A DNA stretch of 64,000 bases, from the NCBI GenBank assembly GCA_963786935.1, contig CAWBAN010000001.1, positions 1,024,001 to 1,088,000 on the forward strand, in the 5' to 3' direction. The translations under genes were made by a program, and so were the position numbers. Shown in pieces: positions 31,794 to 42,443 of this stretch. Each line of letters starts with the position of its first letter. The stretch's first letter is position 1. The notes under the pieces are model-generated. The model was not told where the DNA came from, did no database searches, and saw nothing but the letters and a program-made list of their open reading frames with translations. The stretch comes from an uncultured bacterium (GTDB lineage: Bacteria; Krumholzibacteriota; Krumholzibacteriia; Krumholzibacteriales; Krumholzibacteriaceae).

Positions 31794-31812
31794 GCGCCTG
31801 CCTCGCGGTCGC

Positions 31813-34185
31813 CTATCGGAGGTCGACGATCGCCACGCCGTCCCCGCCGTGCGCCGGCTCGCCGGGGCGCACGGACGAAACGCGCGGATCCTTCCTGAGC
31901 ATGTCGTAGAGCGCCCGCTTCAGGATGCCCCTGCCGATGCCGTGGATGACGGTCACCGTTCTGAGCCCCTGGAGCACGGCGCGATCGAGAAACGCGTCCA
32001 CGAGCTCGAGCGCTTCCGCCTTCTCGAGCCCGCGGATGCTGAGCTCGCTCGGCACGGTTTCGGGCGTTTCCATCGTCCATGAAACCTTCCGCCCGGCGCG
32101 GCCCCGATCCTTCGCGCTCGCGCCCCGGAGGTCGCCCACGTTCGTTTCGACGCGCAGCCCCCCCTCGAGCTCGAGGAACGCGCGGGACGCGTCGAGGGAG
32201 ACGATGCGCCCCTCCTTGCCGAGGCTCGCGATCTCGGCCCACATGCCCGGACGGAGCTCCTCGGGGCGCGCGGGCGGCGCGCCTTTTTTCGCCTTCGGCT
32301 TCTTCTGGAACCGGACCCGCTTCTCCTCGACGCGCGCGTGCCCTTCGCGGATGGCGCCGCTCGCGGCATGCGTCGTCTTTATCTCGCGGATGATATTCTC
32401 CATGTCGCGCCGCGTCGACGAAACGATCTCGAGCGCTTCCGAGCGCGCCTTCTCGACGAGCGCGTTGCGATCCTCCTTGAACCGGTCGAGCCGGTCATGA
32501 TAGCTCGCGATGAGCTCCGAGAGCAGGCGCTCCTTCTCGACGAGCTCCCGCCGCTTCTCGGCCACGATCCGCTCCGTCTTCTCGAGGTGCGCGAGCAGCT
32601 CCTCGAGCCGCAGCGATTCGCTCGAGAGGCCCGCCGTCGCGCGCTCGATGACGTCCCGCGGGAGCCCCATGCGCCCCGCCATCTCGATGCCCCAGCTCCG
32701 CCCCGGCACGCCCATCCGGAGCGCGAAGAGCGGCTCGAGACGGTCGGGATCGAACTCGAGCGTCGCATTCCGCGCTCCCGGCGCGCCGTGGGCCCACGCC
32801 TTGAGCGCCTTCAGGTGCGTCGTCACGATGACGCGGCCGCACGAGCGCACGAGTCGCTCGAGCACGGCCGTGGCGATCGCCGCGCCTTCCTCGGGATCGG
32901 TCCCGTCTCCGATCTCGTCGATAAGCACGAGCGACCGGTCGCTCGAGCGCTCGAGGATGAGCTTGAGCCGCGCGACGCGGGACGAGAAGGTGCTCAACGA
33001 TTTCTCGATCGACTGGTCGTCCCCGATGTCGACGAAGACCTCGTCGTGGAAGGGCATCGCCGTGCCGTGATCGCAGGGGACGAGGAGCCCCGATCGATCC
33101 ATGAGCGCGAGGAGCCCGACCGTTTTGAGCGCGATCGTCTTGCCGCCGGCGTTCGGGCCGGAGATGACGAGCGCCTTGAGACCGGCCTCACACTCGAGAT
33201 CGAGCGGGGTGACCGAGCGCAGCGCCCCTTCGTCAGCGAAACGCTTCTCGAGCAGGGGATGGCGTGCGCCGCGCAGCGCGAGCCGTCCGTCGGCGCCGTG
33301 CTCCGGCATGACGCACCGGAAGCGCCGGGCGAACTGCGCACGCGCCGAAACAAGGTCGAACGAGAGGAGCAGATCCTGGTTGCCGAGAAGCGCTTCCTTC
33401 CGCCGTACGACGTCCGACGAAAGATCGAGGAGAATCCGCGTGATTTCGTCCCGCTCGTCCTGCAGCATCGATTCGAGCCGGTTATTCTCGTCGACGAACT
33501 CGAGCGGCTCGACGTAGAGCGACGCGCCGCTTCCGCTCGTCTGGTGCACGATTCCTTTGAGGTGCCTCGCCTCGCCGCGGGGGAGCGAGACGACGTACCG
33601 CTCGCCGCGGATGGTCACGAACTCGTACCCCTTCTCCCCGCCGATGCGGTCCGCGAAATCGGACACGGACCGGCGCAGCCTGTTCCTGAGGGTTCCGAGC
33701 TCCTTCCGCAGCTTCGCGAGCTGCGCGCTCGCGCGGTCGAGGACCTCGTGATCGGGACCGATCGCCCGGGCGACGCGTTCCACGAATTCGTTTTGGATCG
33801 AGAGCGTTCCACCCCGCGGCGACAGGAGCGGGAGCTCGTCCTCGTGCCGTTTCAGGAACCGGCCCAGCTCCGCCGCTCTCGACTCGCCGAGCGCGATGAT
33901 CGCGAGCTCCTCCCCCGTGAAGATATGCCCGTCGGCTTTCGCCGCGCTCGCGAGCGCGTGGCTGTCGCGCCAGCCTCCGAGCGGCAGGCTCTCGCCGCGA
34001 TCCATGAGCCTCATGAGCTCGACGGTTTCCTCCTGCAGCCGCGCCGCTTCGACGGGGGAGCCGGCCGGGCGGCACGCCCGCAACGTCTCCCGCGCGCGGT
34101 CGCTCGCGGCGAAACCGGCGACGATATCGAGGACCGCCCCGAACTCGAGTTTGTCGGCGGTATGGGTAAAATCTCCGCTCACCAC
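31813..34185 (-). CDS. mutS2: MutS2 with C-terminal Smr domain
   Basis: GPNAGGKT, DIGDDQSIEKSLSTFSS, DEIGDGTDP, IHGIGRG. Confidence 0.95.
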   Translation of the reverse strand: MVSGDFTHTADKLEFGAVLDIVAGFAASDRARETLRACRPAGSPVEAARLQEETVELMRLMDRGESLPLGGWRDSHALASAAKADGHIFTGEELAIIALGESRAAELGRFLKRHEDELPLLSPRGGTLSIQNEFVERVARAIGPDHEVLDRASAQLAKLRKELGTLRNRLRRSVSDFADRIGGEKGYEFVTIRGERYVVSLPRGEARHLKGIVHQTSGSGASLYVEPLEFVDENNRLESMLQDERDEITRILLDLSSDVVRRKEALLGNQDLLLSFDLVSARAQFARRFRCVMPEHGADGRLALRGARHPLLEKRFADEGALRSVTPLDLECEAGLKALVISGPNAGGKTIALKTVGLLALMDRSGLLVPCDHGTAMPFHDEVFVDIGDDQSIEKSLSTFSSRVARLKLILERSSDRSLVLIDEIGDGTDPEEGAAIATAVLERLVRSCGRVIVTTHLKALKAWAHGAPGARNATLEFDPDRLEPLFALRMGVPGRSWGIEMAGRMGLPRDVIERATAGLSSESLRLEELLAHLEKTERIVAEKRRELVEKERLLSELIASYHDRLDRFKEDRNALVEKARSEALEIVSSTRRDMENIIREIKTTHAASGAIREGHARVEEKRVRFQKKPKAKKGAPPARPEELRPGMWAEIASLGKEGRIVSLDASRAFLELEGGLRVETNVGDLRGASAKDRGRAGRKVSWTMETPETVPSELSIRGLEKAEALELVDAFLDRAVLQGLRTVTVIHGIGRGILKRALYDMLRKDPRVSSVRPGEPAHGGDGVAIVDLR

Positions 34186-34243
34186 AAGGTTCCCCCCGGT
34201 GCCGTTCCGTGTATCCGTGCAGCTCTATATACGCGGGGCGCGT

Positions 34244-34789
34244 TCAAAGAGTTCCCTGAGGCGGCTCCGCGCGCACGAAGTCGCTCGTATCGATGGGTAG
34301 GGATGAACGCTTCATGAAAAAGTTGTACACGCGCGGCAGGACGGGATGCATCGCCGCCGCGACCCGATTCGCCTTGATCCGTCCCGTCAGACCGCTCGGG
34401 GCGGGGATGCTGAAGAGCAGCACGCAGACGAGGCTCACGAAGAGAACGCCCTTCACGACGCCGAAGAGCGCGCCGCCGATCCGGTCGACGGGGCCGAGGA
34501 TCGAGACGCTCACGATCTTCTGGAGGAGGAGGCCGAGCAGATGAAACACGATCGCGATGGCGACGAAAACGACCGCTGAGAAAAAGAAGCGGACGATGGG
34601 GTAGGAAATCCTCGTCGATCCCTCGAACCGGTGCGCGAATGCGTGGCCGAGGTAATAGGCGCCGATGAACGCCGCGACGAGCCCCACGATCTCGAGCAGC
34701 TGGCGCACGAGCCCCCGCCGGATTCCGTCGATGAAGAAGAAGATGACGATGAGCCCGATGACGATCGTGATAATGGTGTCCATGCCCAT
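34244..34789 (-). CDS. cvpA: CvpA-family membrane protein
   Basis: GIRRGLVRQ, DRIGGALFG, four hydrophobic segments. Confidence 0.88.
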   Translation of the reverse strand: MGMDTIITIVIGLIVIFFFIDGIRRGLVRQLLEIVGLVAAFIGAYYLGHAFAHRFEGSTRISYPIVRFFFSAVVFVAIAIVFHLLGLLLQKIVSVSILGPVDRIGGALFGVVKGVLFVSLVCVLLFSIPAPSGLTGRIKANRVAAAMHPVLPRVYNFFMKRSSLPIDTSDFVRAEPPQGTL

Positions 34790-34791
34790 GC

Positions 34792-35250
34792 TCAAGCCTT
34801 TCCGAGAAGCTCGGAAACGACGCGGTTGACCGCGGCGCCGTCCACCTTCCCCTTGAAGCGCTTCATCATTTCCCCCATGACCCGGCCCATGTCACGCGGC
34901 GTCGACGCGCCGATATCGGCAATGATGCGCGCCGCCTCTCTGCGGATGTCCTCGTCGCTCATCTGCTCGGGCAGATAGGACATGACGATGGCGAGCTCCA
35001 AGCTCTCCTTCGCGACGAGATCCGCCCGCGCCGCCTTTTTGAACTCCTCGATCGACTCCTTGATCCTGCGCGCGTAGCTGGCGATGACGGCGAGCTCCTT
35101 CTCGTCGGAAAGCTCCTCACGCTCCTCGAGCTCGGCGTTTCTGAGCGCATTCAGGATCATGCGCAAAACGCCGATGCGCGGCTTGTCCTGGGCCTTCACG
35201 GCGATCCTGAGATCTTCCTGGATCTTCTGGGCAATGACGTTGCCGGTCAT
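34792..35250 (-). CDS. GatB/YqeY domain protein
   Basis: ESIEEF..YLPEQMS..DMGRVMG..KVDG. Confidence 0.92.
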   Translation of the reverse strand: MTGNVIAQKIQEDLRIAVKAQDKPRIGVLRMILNALRNAELEEREELSDEKELAVIASYARRIKESIEEFKKAARADLVAKESLELAIVMSYLPEQMSDEDIRREAARIIADIGASTPRDMGRVMGEMMKRFKGKVDGAAVNRVVSELLGKA

Positions 35251-35295
35251 CGAGGCCCCCCTCTCGATCAGATCTGCTTGAATCCCCTTGTCCGG

Positions 35296-35325
35296 AGTAT
35301 ACGGGCGGCGGGGGCGCATTGTCAA
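35296..35325 (-). promoter_or_regulatory. Candidate promoter for yqeY-cvpA-mutS2-dnaG-rpoD
   Basis: TTGACA-18 bp-TATACT on the minus strand. Confidence 0.65.
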
Positions 35326-35346
35326 GCCGGGCGGCCCGCCCGCGGC

Positions 35347-36153
35347 TCAGCCCGGTTCCCCGCGCCCGCTCATGAGGCGGTACGCGAGGCAGATCGCGGC
35401 GGTTTCGGCCCGGAGCCTGAACGGCCCGAGCGAGAGCGGCCGCGCGCCGCGCGCGACGAGGCGCTCCAGCTCGTCGGGACTCAAACCTCCCTCGGGGCCC
35501 ACGATGCCGAGAACGGGCCCGCTCGCCGTCTCACCGGCGCCCGAATCGGGGGACGCCGCGTGCTGATCGGCCACGACGGCCCCGGCGTAGGCGGCGATCC
35601 GGTCGAGGAGCGAATCGAAGCTCTCGATCCCTTCGATCGAGGGGATGTACGAACGGCCCGACTGCTTGCACGAAGCAATGATCTTGCGGCGGATCCGCTC
35701 GACCTTGACCTCCGCCTCGCCCCCCCCGCCCCTCCACACGCTCCGCTCGGCCCTGAAGGGGATGAGCCGGCGGATGCCGAGCTCCGTGCATTTCTCGACG
35801 GCGACGTCGAAGCGGGGCGCCTTGATGATGCCGATCGCGATATCGACCGGGGGAGGCTCGGGAGCCTTCGTGAACGACAGGACCTCGAGAACCGCCTCGC
35901 GGGCGGCGATGCGCTTCAGGCGCGCCTCGTACGTCCCGCCGCGGCCGTCGACGAGCTTCACGACGTCGCCGACCCGCGTCCGCGAGACGTCGACGCAATG
36001 ATGAAACTCGGGGCCGCGGAGAACGATCGCGCCCTCGCGCTCGGCTCCGGGGGATACGAGAAAGAACCGGTCGCTCGCGCTACGACTGGATCTTCGAGCC
36101 GATTGCCGGGGGCTTTTCCCTGATCTTCTTCTCGAGTCCCTCAAAGACTTCAC
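35347..36153 (-). CDS. rsmE: 16S rRNA m3U1498 methyltransferase RsmE (start uncertain)
   Basis: [30 protein letters not shown]. Confidence 0.9.
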   Translation of the reverse strand: MKSLRDSRRRSGKSPRQSARRSSRSASDRFFLVSPGAEREGAIVLRGPEFHHCVDVSRTRVGDVVKLVDGRGGTYEARLKRIAAREAVLEVLSFTKAPEPPPVDIAIGIIKAPRFDVAVEKCTELGIRRLIPFRAERSVWRGGGGEAEVKVERIRRKIIASCKQSGRSYIPSIEGIESFDSLLDRIAAYAGAVVADQHAASPDSGAGETASGPVLGIVGPEGGLSPDELERLVARGARPLSLGPFRLRAETAAICLAYRLMSGRGEPG

Positions 36154-37213
36154 GCTCTTCTTTGGAGAGATTCCGCGGAGTGAACGCGACGAGGCGGACG
36201 AGCTGATCCCCCCTGCCGTATGAATTGAGATGTGGAATTCCCTTCCCCTTGAGGCGGAGCACCTTATGCGATTGCGTGCCGGCGGGCACCTTGATCGCGG
36301 CGGTGCCGTCGAGCGTCGGGATCTCGATGCGGGCGCCGAGCGCGAGCTGCGCGAAGCTCACGGGCAGATCGCACGCGATATCGTACCCGTGGCGATCGAA
36401 CACCGGATCCGCGAGCTCTTCGATCAGGATGATGAGATCGCCCGCGGGCCCGCCCCGCGTCCCCGCGTCCCCCTGCCCCTCGAGCCTGATGTAGTTCCCC
36501 GTCGCCACTCCCGCCGGAATCTTGACCTCGACGTTCTTGCTTCCCTCGACGGCCGCGGCTCCGCCGCACGCCGGGCACGGATCGGTGATGATCGATCCCT
36601 CGCCGCCGCACTCCGGACACGCCTGGATGTTGACGAACTGCCCGAAGAGCGACCGCGACATCTGCCGCAGCTCTCCCGTCCCGCGGCACGTCGAGCATGT
36701 CTGCTTCGACGCGCCCTCCTTCGTGCCCTTGCCCTTGCACCGGGCGCAGGGCACCATCCTCGTCACCTTTATCTTCTTGGTGACGCCCGTCGCGATTTCC
36801 TGCAGGGTGAGCTGGAGACGCACCTGGAGATCGTTGCCGCGCCCGGCCGACCGGTCCCGCCTCCGGCCGCCTCCGCCGCCGAAGACGTCGTCGAACCCGA
36901 AGCCGCCGAAATCGCGCATGAACGCCCGCAGCGCGTCGCTCAGATCGAAGCCCTGCGAGAAGCCCTCGTAGCCCTGTGGTCCGGCTCCCGGAGCGCCCCG
37001 ATGCCCGAACTGGTCGTAGCGCGCGCGCTGGTCCTTATCGCGGAGAACCTCGTACGCTTCGGTCGCTTCCTTGAATTTTTCCTCGGCGTCCTTGTTCCCC
37101 GGATTGCGGTCGGGATGATATTTCAGGGCGAGCTGCCGGTAGGCTTTCTTGACCTCGTCAACGGTCGCATGGCGATCGACGCCGAGGACCTCGTAGAAAT
37201 CCCTCTTTTCCAT
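36080..37213 (-). CDS. dnaJ: Chaperone DnaJ
   Basis: HPD J-domain, G/F region, four CxxCxGxG-type repeats. Confidence 0.98.
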   Translation of the reverse strand: MEKRDFYEVLGVDRHATVDEVKKAYRQLALKYHPDRNPGNKDAEEKFKEATEAYEVLRDKDQRARYDQFGHRGAPGAGPQGYEGFSQGFDLSDALRAFMRDFGGFGFDDVFGGGGGRRRDRSAGRGNDLQVRLQLTLQEIATGVTKKIKVTRMVPCARCKGKGTKEGASKQTCSTCRGTGELRQMSRSLFGQFVNIQACPECGGEGSIITDPCPACGGAAAVEGSKNVEVKIPAGVATGNYIRLEGQGDAGTRGGPAGDLIILIEELADPVFDRHGYDIACDLPVSFAQLALGARIEIPTLDGTAAIKVPAGTQSHKVLRLKGKGIPHLNSYGRGDQLVRLVAFTPRNLSKEEREVFEGLEKKIREKPPAIGSKIQS

Positions 37214-37259
37214 TCCTCCCCAAACTCACCGTTCACTGAACCGAAGGAGCGACGGGCCG

Positions 37260-39092
37260 CTAGGCCCCGCCCGAGTAATCCGTTTTGGCGCTCGCATTAT
37301 ACATGAGTTCGGCGATGCGATACACGGCAATCGAAAGGCGCTCGATCGCCTTTTTCGTCTCGTCGATGTCGGCGCTCGGGTTCGCGACGAGCTCCTTGAG
37401 CGTCGCGAGCGCGTCGCCGATCGTTTCACGCTCGGCCTGCGAGACGCTGTCGCCGTGATCGCGCACCGTCTGCTCCGCCGAGTAGATGAGCACCTCCGCG
37501 TCGTTGCGCACCTTGACGGCGCTCCGCTTCAACTCGTCGTCCACGGCGTGATCCTCCGCGTCCCGCACCATGCGGTCGATCTCCTCGTGGTTCAGGCCGC
37601 TCGAGACCTTGATCTGTATCTTCTGCTCCTTCCCCGTGCCGAGATCCTTCGCCGACACGTGGACGATGCCGTTCGCGTCGATGTCGAAGCTGACCTCGAT
37701 CTGGGGAACGCCCCGCGGGGCCGTCGGGATACCCACGAGGTCGAAGCGCGCGAGCGTCCGGTTGTCCCTCGCGAGCTCCCGCTCTCCCTGCACCACGTGG
37801 ATGCTTACGGCGGGCTGGTTGTCCGTCGCCGTGGAGAATATCTGGCCCTGCCGGCACGGGATCGCCGTGTTGCGGTCGATGAGCTTCGTCATGAGGCCGC
37901 CGAGCGTCTCGATCCCGAGCGAGAGCGGGGTCACGTCGAGCAGCAGGAGCTCGTCGACCTGTCCCGACAGCACGCCCGCCTGGATCGCGGCGCCCATCGC
38001 GACGACCTCGTCCGGATTGACCCCCTTGTTCGGCTCCTTCTTGAAGAATTCCTTCACGAATTTACGCACGGCCGGAATCCGCGTTGAGCCGCCGACGAGA
38101 ATGACCTCGTCGATCTGGTCGACCGGGAGGTTCGCGTCCTGCAGGGCCTGGCGGCACGGATCGAGTGTCTTCTGGATGAGCGGATGAACGAGCTTCTCGA
38201 ACGTTGCGCGCGTGAGCACCATGTCGAGGTGCTTCGGGCCGGCGCTGTCGGCATGCAGGAACGGCAGGTTGATGTTCGTCTCGAAGACGGTCGAAAGCTC
38301 GCATTTCGCCTTTTCGGCGGCCTCCCGGATGCGCTGCATCGCCATGCGGTCGTTCGAGAGATCGATGCCGGTCTCCTGCTTGAAATCCTGGACGATCCAG
38401 TCCTGTATCACCCGGTCGAAGTCGTCGCCGCCGAGCATCGTGTCGCCGCTCGTCGACTTCACCTGGTAGATCCCGTCCGAGAGCTCGAGGATGGATATGT
38501 CGAACGTGCCGCCGCCGAGATCGTAGACGGCGATCTTGCCGGAGCGCTTCTTCTCGAGCCCGTACGCGAGCGCGGCCGCCGTCGGCTCGTTGACGATGCG
38601 CAGGACCTCGAGCCCGGCGATCGTGCCGGCATCCTTCGTGGCCTGGCGCTGCGCGTCGTTGAAATACGCGGGCACCGTGATGACGGCCTGCTTCACCTCT
38701 TCGCCGAGGAACTCGTCCGCGAACTGTTTGAGCGCCCGGAGAATCATCGCCGAAATCTCGGGCGGCTGATAGCTCTTGTCCTTGAGCTGAACCAGGATCT
38801 CGTCGTTCTTACCCTGCGTGACGCTATAGGAGACGTGCCCGATCTCTTCCTTGGCCTCCGAGAATCGCCGGCCCATAAAGCGCTTGATCGAGTAGACCGT
38901 GTTGTCGGGATTGGTGACGGCCTGGCGTTTGGCGAGATGGCCGACGAGCCGCTCGTTGTTCTTCGCCACCGCCACCACGGAAGGAGTCGTCCGGCTCCCT
39001 TCAGAATTTGCAATGATCACCGGCTCGTTGCCTTCGATCACCGCGACACACGAGTATGTCGTCCCCAGATCGATCCCGATTACCTTGCCCAT
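37260..39092 (-). CDS. dnaK: Chaperone DnaK
   Basis: [33 protein letters not shown]. Confidence 0.98.
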   Translation of the reverse strand: MGKVIGIDLGTTYSCVAVIEGNEPVIIANSEGSRTTPSVVAVAKNNERLVGHLAKRQAVTNPDNTVYSIKRFMGRRFSEAKEEIGHVSYSVTQGKNDEILVQLKDKSYQPPEISAMILRALKQFADEFLGEEVKQAVITVPAYFNDAQRQATKDAGTIAGLEVLRIVNEPTAAALAYGLEKKRSGKIAVYDLGGGTFDISILELSDGIYQVKSTSGDTMLGGDDFDRVIQDWIVQDFKQETGIDLSNDRMAMQRIREAAEKAKCELSTVFETNINLPFLHADSAGPKHLDMVLTRATFEKLVHPLIQKTLDPCRQALQDANLPVDQIDEVILVGGSTRIPAVRKFVKEFFKKEPNKGVNPDEVVAMGAAIQAGVLSGQVDELLLLDVTPLSLGIETLGGLMTKLIDRNTAIPCRQGQIFSTATDNQPAVSIHVVQGERELARDNRTLARFDLVGIPTAPRGVPQIEVSFDIDANGIVHVSAKDLGTGKEQKIQIKVSSGLNHEEIDRMVRDAEDHAVDDELKRSAVKVRNDAEVLIYSAEQTVRDHGDSVSQAERETIGDALATLKELVANPSADIDETKKAIERLSIAVYRIAELMYNASAKTDYSGGA

Positions 39093-39133
39093 GGATGGTT
39101 CCTTTCCGATTGAGATATCCGTTTCCGAGCCGG

Positions 39134-39889
39134 TTATTTCTTTTTCTTCGACACGAGCACGCGCGCGGGCCTGAGAACCTGATCGTGCAGCGTGTAGCCC
39201 CGCTGCATCACCTGCGCCACGCGTCCTTCCTCGAAGTCGCTTGCGATCTCACCGACCGCTTCGTGATACCGGGCATCGAAATTTTGCCCCTGGGCCTCGA
39301 TCTCCTTCAATCCGGCCTTGGTGAGAATATCCATCAGACCGGAATGGATGAGCCTGATCCCCTCCTGGATCCGATCCTCCGCGCCTCCCAGATTGGCAAA
39401 CGCGCGATCGAAATTGTCGATACCCCAAATAATCTCCTTGATGAGATCGGCGTTCGCAGTCTTTCTAAGCAATTCCTGTTCCCCGCGTGTCCGCTTCTTG
39501 TAATTCTCGAACTCGGCCGCAAGCCGAAGAAGCCTATCTTCTTTTTTGGCAATATCTTGCTTGGCATTCTTGAGCAGCTTGTCGAGCTCCATGAGCATCG
39601 CGTTCTTGCGATCGATCAGATCGAGCAACTCCTTGCGCTTGGACCTCTTGAAACGTTTATGCACGCTCTCCTGCTCGAGCGGCTGATCGGGTTTCTCGAC
39701 GCCCTCGCTCCCGGCACCCGCGCCGGCATCCCCTTCGGCCGGCGACACCGGCTGCGGCCGGTCGCTCTCGGGCTCCGGCTCGTTCGGTTCTCCCGCGGAC
39801 GGCTCCGCGCCGGCGCGTTCCGGGGATCCGGAAGCCGCCTCGCCCTCGTCGCCTTCCCGGTCGATATCCCACTCCCGTTCAGATGCCAA
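39134..39889 (-). CDS. grpE: Nucleotide exchange factor GrpE
   Basis: [32 protein letters not shown]. Confidence 0.95.
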   Translation of the reverse strand: MASEREWDIDREGDEGEAASGSPERAGAEPSAGEPNEPEPESDRPQPVSPAEGDAGAGAGSEGVEKPDQPLEQESVHKRFKRSKRKELLDLIDRKNAMLMELDKLLKNAKQDIAKKEDRLLRLAAEFENYKKRTRGEQELLRKTANADLIKEIIWGIDNFDRAFANLGGAEDRIQEGIRLIHSGLMDILTKAGLKEIEAQGQNFDARYHEAVGEIASDFEEGRVAQVMQRGYTLHDQVLRPARVLVSKKKK

Positions 39890-39914
39890 CGTTCACTCCT
39901 CCTCGCCGCTTCGA

Positions 39915-40949
39915 TCAATCCTCGCTGATATGGATATGCTGCAGCTCCTCGGCCGTCCGATCGAGGAGGGCAAGGACCAGCCCGTATGTCATGCGCGTCG
40001 GACCGAGCACCCCGAGGAGCCCGTCGCATTCCGCCGCCTGGAACCGCCGCGTTACGATCGCGAACGGCTCGAGCTCCCGAAGCCTGTTCTCTTTGCCGAT
40101 CGTGATGGAGATATCGGCGTCGAGCCTGCTCTTGAGCGCGTTCAGCATCAGGCTCCGCTCGCCCATGAGACGAACGAGACTCTGCAGGACGAGCGGGCTC
40201 TCGAGCTCCCGGTCGCCGGCCTTGTCCATGCCCCCGTAGTAGTACCGCAGGTCGTACGGCCAGTCGAACAGAAACTCGGCCTCCCGCGAAACCGCTCCCG
40301 CGATCTCGCGTTCCATGCCGGCCGTTTCCCGAAGAAACGCCTCGAGCCGTTCGGGGACGCTCTCGAGCGGGTGCCCCGCGATCCGCTCGTTGATCAGCTG
40401 CACCGCCCGGTCGACGATGACGGGCGGATAGTCCTTCGAGAACTCGACGTAGACCTTCCGCACGGCGTCCGGAAAGAGCGTCAGCACGACGAGTCCTCCG
40501 CGCGGCTGAAGCCGCACGATCTCGAGCCGCTCGACGACGCTCCGCGAATGCCTGATCCCCATCGACAGGCCCATATAGCTCGTCAGCTCGCCGAGGAGCT
40601 GCGACGTGATCGCCATGACGTCGCGGGCGTCCCTCCAGTCCTGCCCGACCCTTCTGCGAATCCGCTCGGCGAACGGCCGGCTCAGCACGGTCGCCCTCCC
40701 CATCTGGTCGACGTAGAGACGGTATCCCCGATCGCTCGGCACCCTGCCGGCGGATATGTGCGGTTTGAAGACGAGCCCGAGCTCCTCGAGCCGGTGAAGG
40801 ACGTTCCGTATGTGCGCGGTGCTTTCGGCGAGGCGGCAGCGCGACTTCAGCATCCGGGAGCTCACCGGTTCGCCGGTCGCCACGAAGCAGTCGACGACAT
40901 GCCGCAACATCCTTATTTCATCAGTAGTTATGATATTTGCTTCGGTCAT
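39915..40949 (-). CDS. hrcA: Heat-inducible transcription repressor HrcA
   Basis: EPVSS..IRN..PHISAGRVPSDRGYRLYVD, GVLGPTRM. Confidence 0.93.
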   Translation of the reverse strand: MTEANIITTDEIRMLRHVVDCFVATGEPVSSRMLKSRCRLAESTAHIRNVLHRLEELGLVFKPHISAGRVPSDRGYRLYVDQMGRATVLSRPFAERIRRRVGQDWRDARDVMAITSQLLGELTSYMGLSMGIRHSRSVVERLEIVRLQPRGGLVVLTLFPDAVRKVYVEFSKDYPPVIVDRAVQLINERIAGHPLESVPERLEAFLRETAGMEREIAGAVSREAEFLFDWPYDLRYYYGGMDKAGDRELESPLVLQSLVRLMGERSLMLNALKSRLDADISITIGKENRLRELEPFAIVTRRFQAAECDGLLGVLGPTRMTYGLVLALLDRTAEELQHIHISED

Positions 40950-40952
40950 TTC

Positions 40953-40979
40953 CTGGCACTCTCCATGCCTGACTGCCAC
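40953..40979. promoter_or_regulatory. CIRCE operator (HrcA site)
   Basis: CTGGCACTC-N9-GACTGCCAC resembles the consensus TTAGCACTC-N9-GAGTGCTAA and sits immediately before hrcA. Confidence 0.85.
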
Positions 40980-40989
40980 CGTCTTCAAG

Positions 40990-41018
40990 AATGTAAGGAT
41001 TCCGGGCGGAATTGTCAA
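40990..41018 (-). promoter_or_regulatory. sigma70 promoter of the hrcA operon
   Basis: TTGACA-17 bp-TACATT just upstream of CIRCE. Confidence 0.8.
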
Positions 41019-41061
41019 GAAAGGGGTATGCAAGGGGAAAGCCAGATTTTCGAGCGCATCG

Positions 41062-41664
41062 TCAGCGGATGAGGTCGCCGATCCGTTTGAACCGGATCCA
41101 GTGCTTCTCGTAATCGAGCGACAGGTAGAGGAAGAGCGCCTTGCCTCTGAGGAGCTTCTTGTCGAGCGGCCCCCAGAAGCGGGAATCGTAGCTATGGTCC
41201 CGGTTATCGCCGAAGCAGATGATGCGCCCCGGAGGCACGAGGAATGGGCCGAAATCGCGCCCGCCGCCGAGATCGTACTTCGCGTAGCTCTCGGGCCGCT
41301 CGACCCCGTCGATGAACAGGTGCGTCCCCTTGAGCGCCACGGTCTGCCCCTCGACGGCGATGCAGCGCTTGATGAGGTCGGTCTTCCGATCCTCGGGGGA
41401 TTTGAAGATCACGATGTCCCCCGGTTTCGGATCGCGGATCTTCGGCAGGCTCCAGTCGGTGAACGGCACCTTCGCCCCGTAGATGAACTTGTTCGCGAAG
41501 AGAAAATCGCCGATGAGGAGCGTGTCCTTCATCGAACCCGACGGAATGTGATAGCTCTGGATGATGAGCGCGCGCACGACGAGCGCCAGGGCGAGCGCCG
41601 TCCCGACGACCTCGACGTACTCGCGCAGCTTCGATTTCTTTTTCGCGCCCGTGGCCGGATTCAT
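41062..41664 (-). CDS. lepB: Signal peptidase I (copy 2)
   Basis: IPSGSM, DLIKR, GDNRDHSYDSRFWG. Confidence 0.95.
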   Translation of the reverse strand: MNPATGAKKKSKLREYVEVVGTALALALVVRALIIQSYHIPSGSMKDTLLIGDFLFANKFIYGAKVPFTDWSLPKIRDPKPGDIVIFKSPEDRKTDLIKRCIAVEGQTVALKGTHLFIDGVERPESYAKYDLGGGRDFGPFLVPPGRIICFGDNRDHSYDSRFWGPLDKKLLRGKALFLYLSLDYEKHWIRFKRIGDLIR

Positions 41665-41682
41665 CCGCGCTCCTGATGTGCG

Positions 41683-42294
41683 CTAGCGAATAAGGTCGCC
41701 GATTCTCGCGAACCGGACCCAATGCTTCTGGTAATCGAGAGAGAAATAGAGAAAGAGCGCCTTGCCCCGGAGGAGCTTCTTATCGAGCGGCCCCCAGTAC
41801 CGGGAATCGTAGCTGTTGTCCCGGTTGTCGCCGAGCACGAGAATGTGCCCCGGGGGCACGAGGAACGGGCCGAAGTCGCGCCGGGAAACGTCCCCGTAGA
41901 CGTACTTGGCGTAGCTCTCGGGCCGCTCCACCCCGTCGACGAACAGGTGCGTCCCCTTGAGCGCGACGGTCTGCCCCTCGACGGCGATACAGCGCTTGAT
42001 GTAGTCGGTCCTGCGGTCGCCGGGGAACTTGAAGATCACGATGTCGCCGGGTTTCGGATCGCGGATCTTCGGCAAACGCCAATCGATGAACGGCACCTTC
42101 GCCCCGTAGATGAACTTGTTCGCGAAGAGGAAGTCCCCCTTGAGGAGCGTGTCCTCCATCGATTCGGATGGGATATGGTAGCTCTGGATGATGAGCGCGC
42201 GAACGATGAGGGCGAGGACGACCGCCGTGACGACGATCTCGACGTACTCGCGCAGCTTCGATTTCTTCTTCGTGCCCTTCTCCTCCGGAACCAT
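41683..42294 (-). CDS. lepB: Signal peptidase I (copy 1)
   Basis: IPSESM, DYIKR, GDNRDNSYDSRYWG. Confidence 0.95.
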   Translation of the reverse strand: MVPEEKGTKKKSKLREYVEIVVTAVVLALIVRALIIQSYHIPSESMEDTLLKGDFLFANKFIYGAKVPFIDWRLPKIRDPKPGDIVIFKFPGDRRTDYIKRCIAVEGQTVALKGTHLFVDGVERPESYAKYVYGDVSRRDFGPFLVPPGHILVLGDNRDNSYDSRYWGPLDKKLLRGKALFLYFSLDYQKHWVRFARIGDLIR

Positions 42295-42443
42295 CGGCAC
42301 CTCCCGCCGTCGCGTGCTCCGTATCTGGTCTTACGAAATAAACGATTCTTAGTTGCGGGGATTCTACCAGCTTTGCCGCGCCGCGCAAACGGACATTTTC
42401 GCGGCGCGCCGCGCTCGACGCCCGGGCGCGTTCCCCCCGTGCC

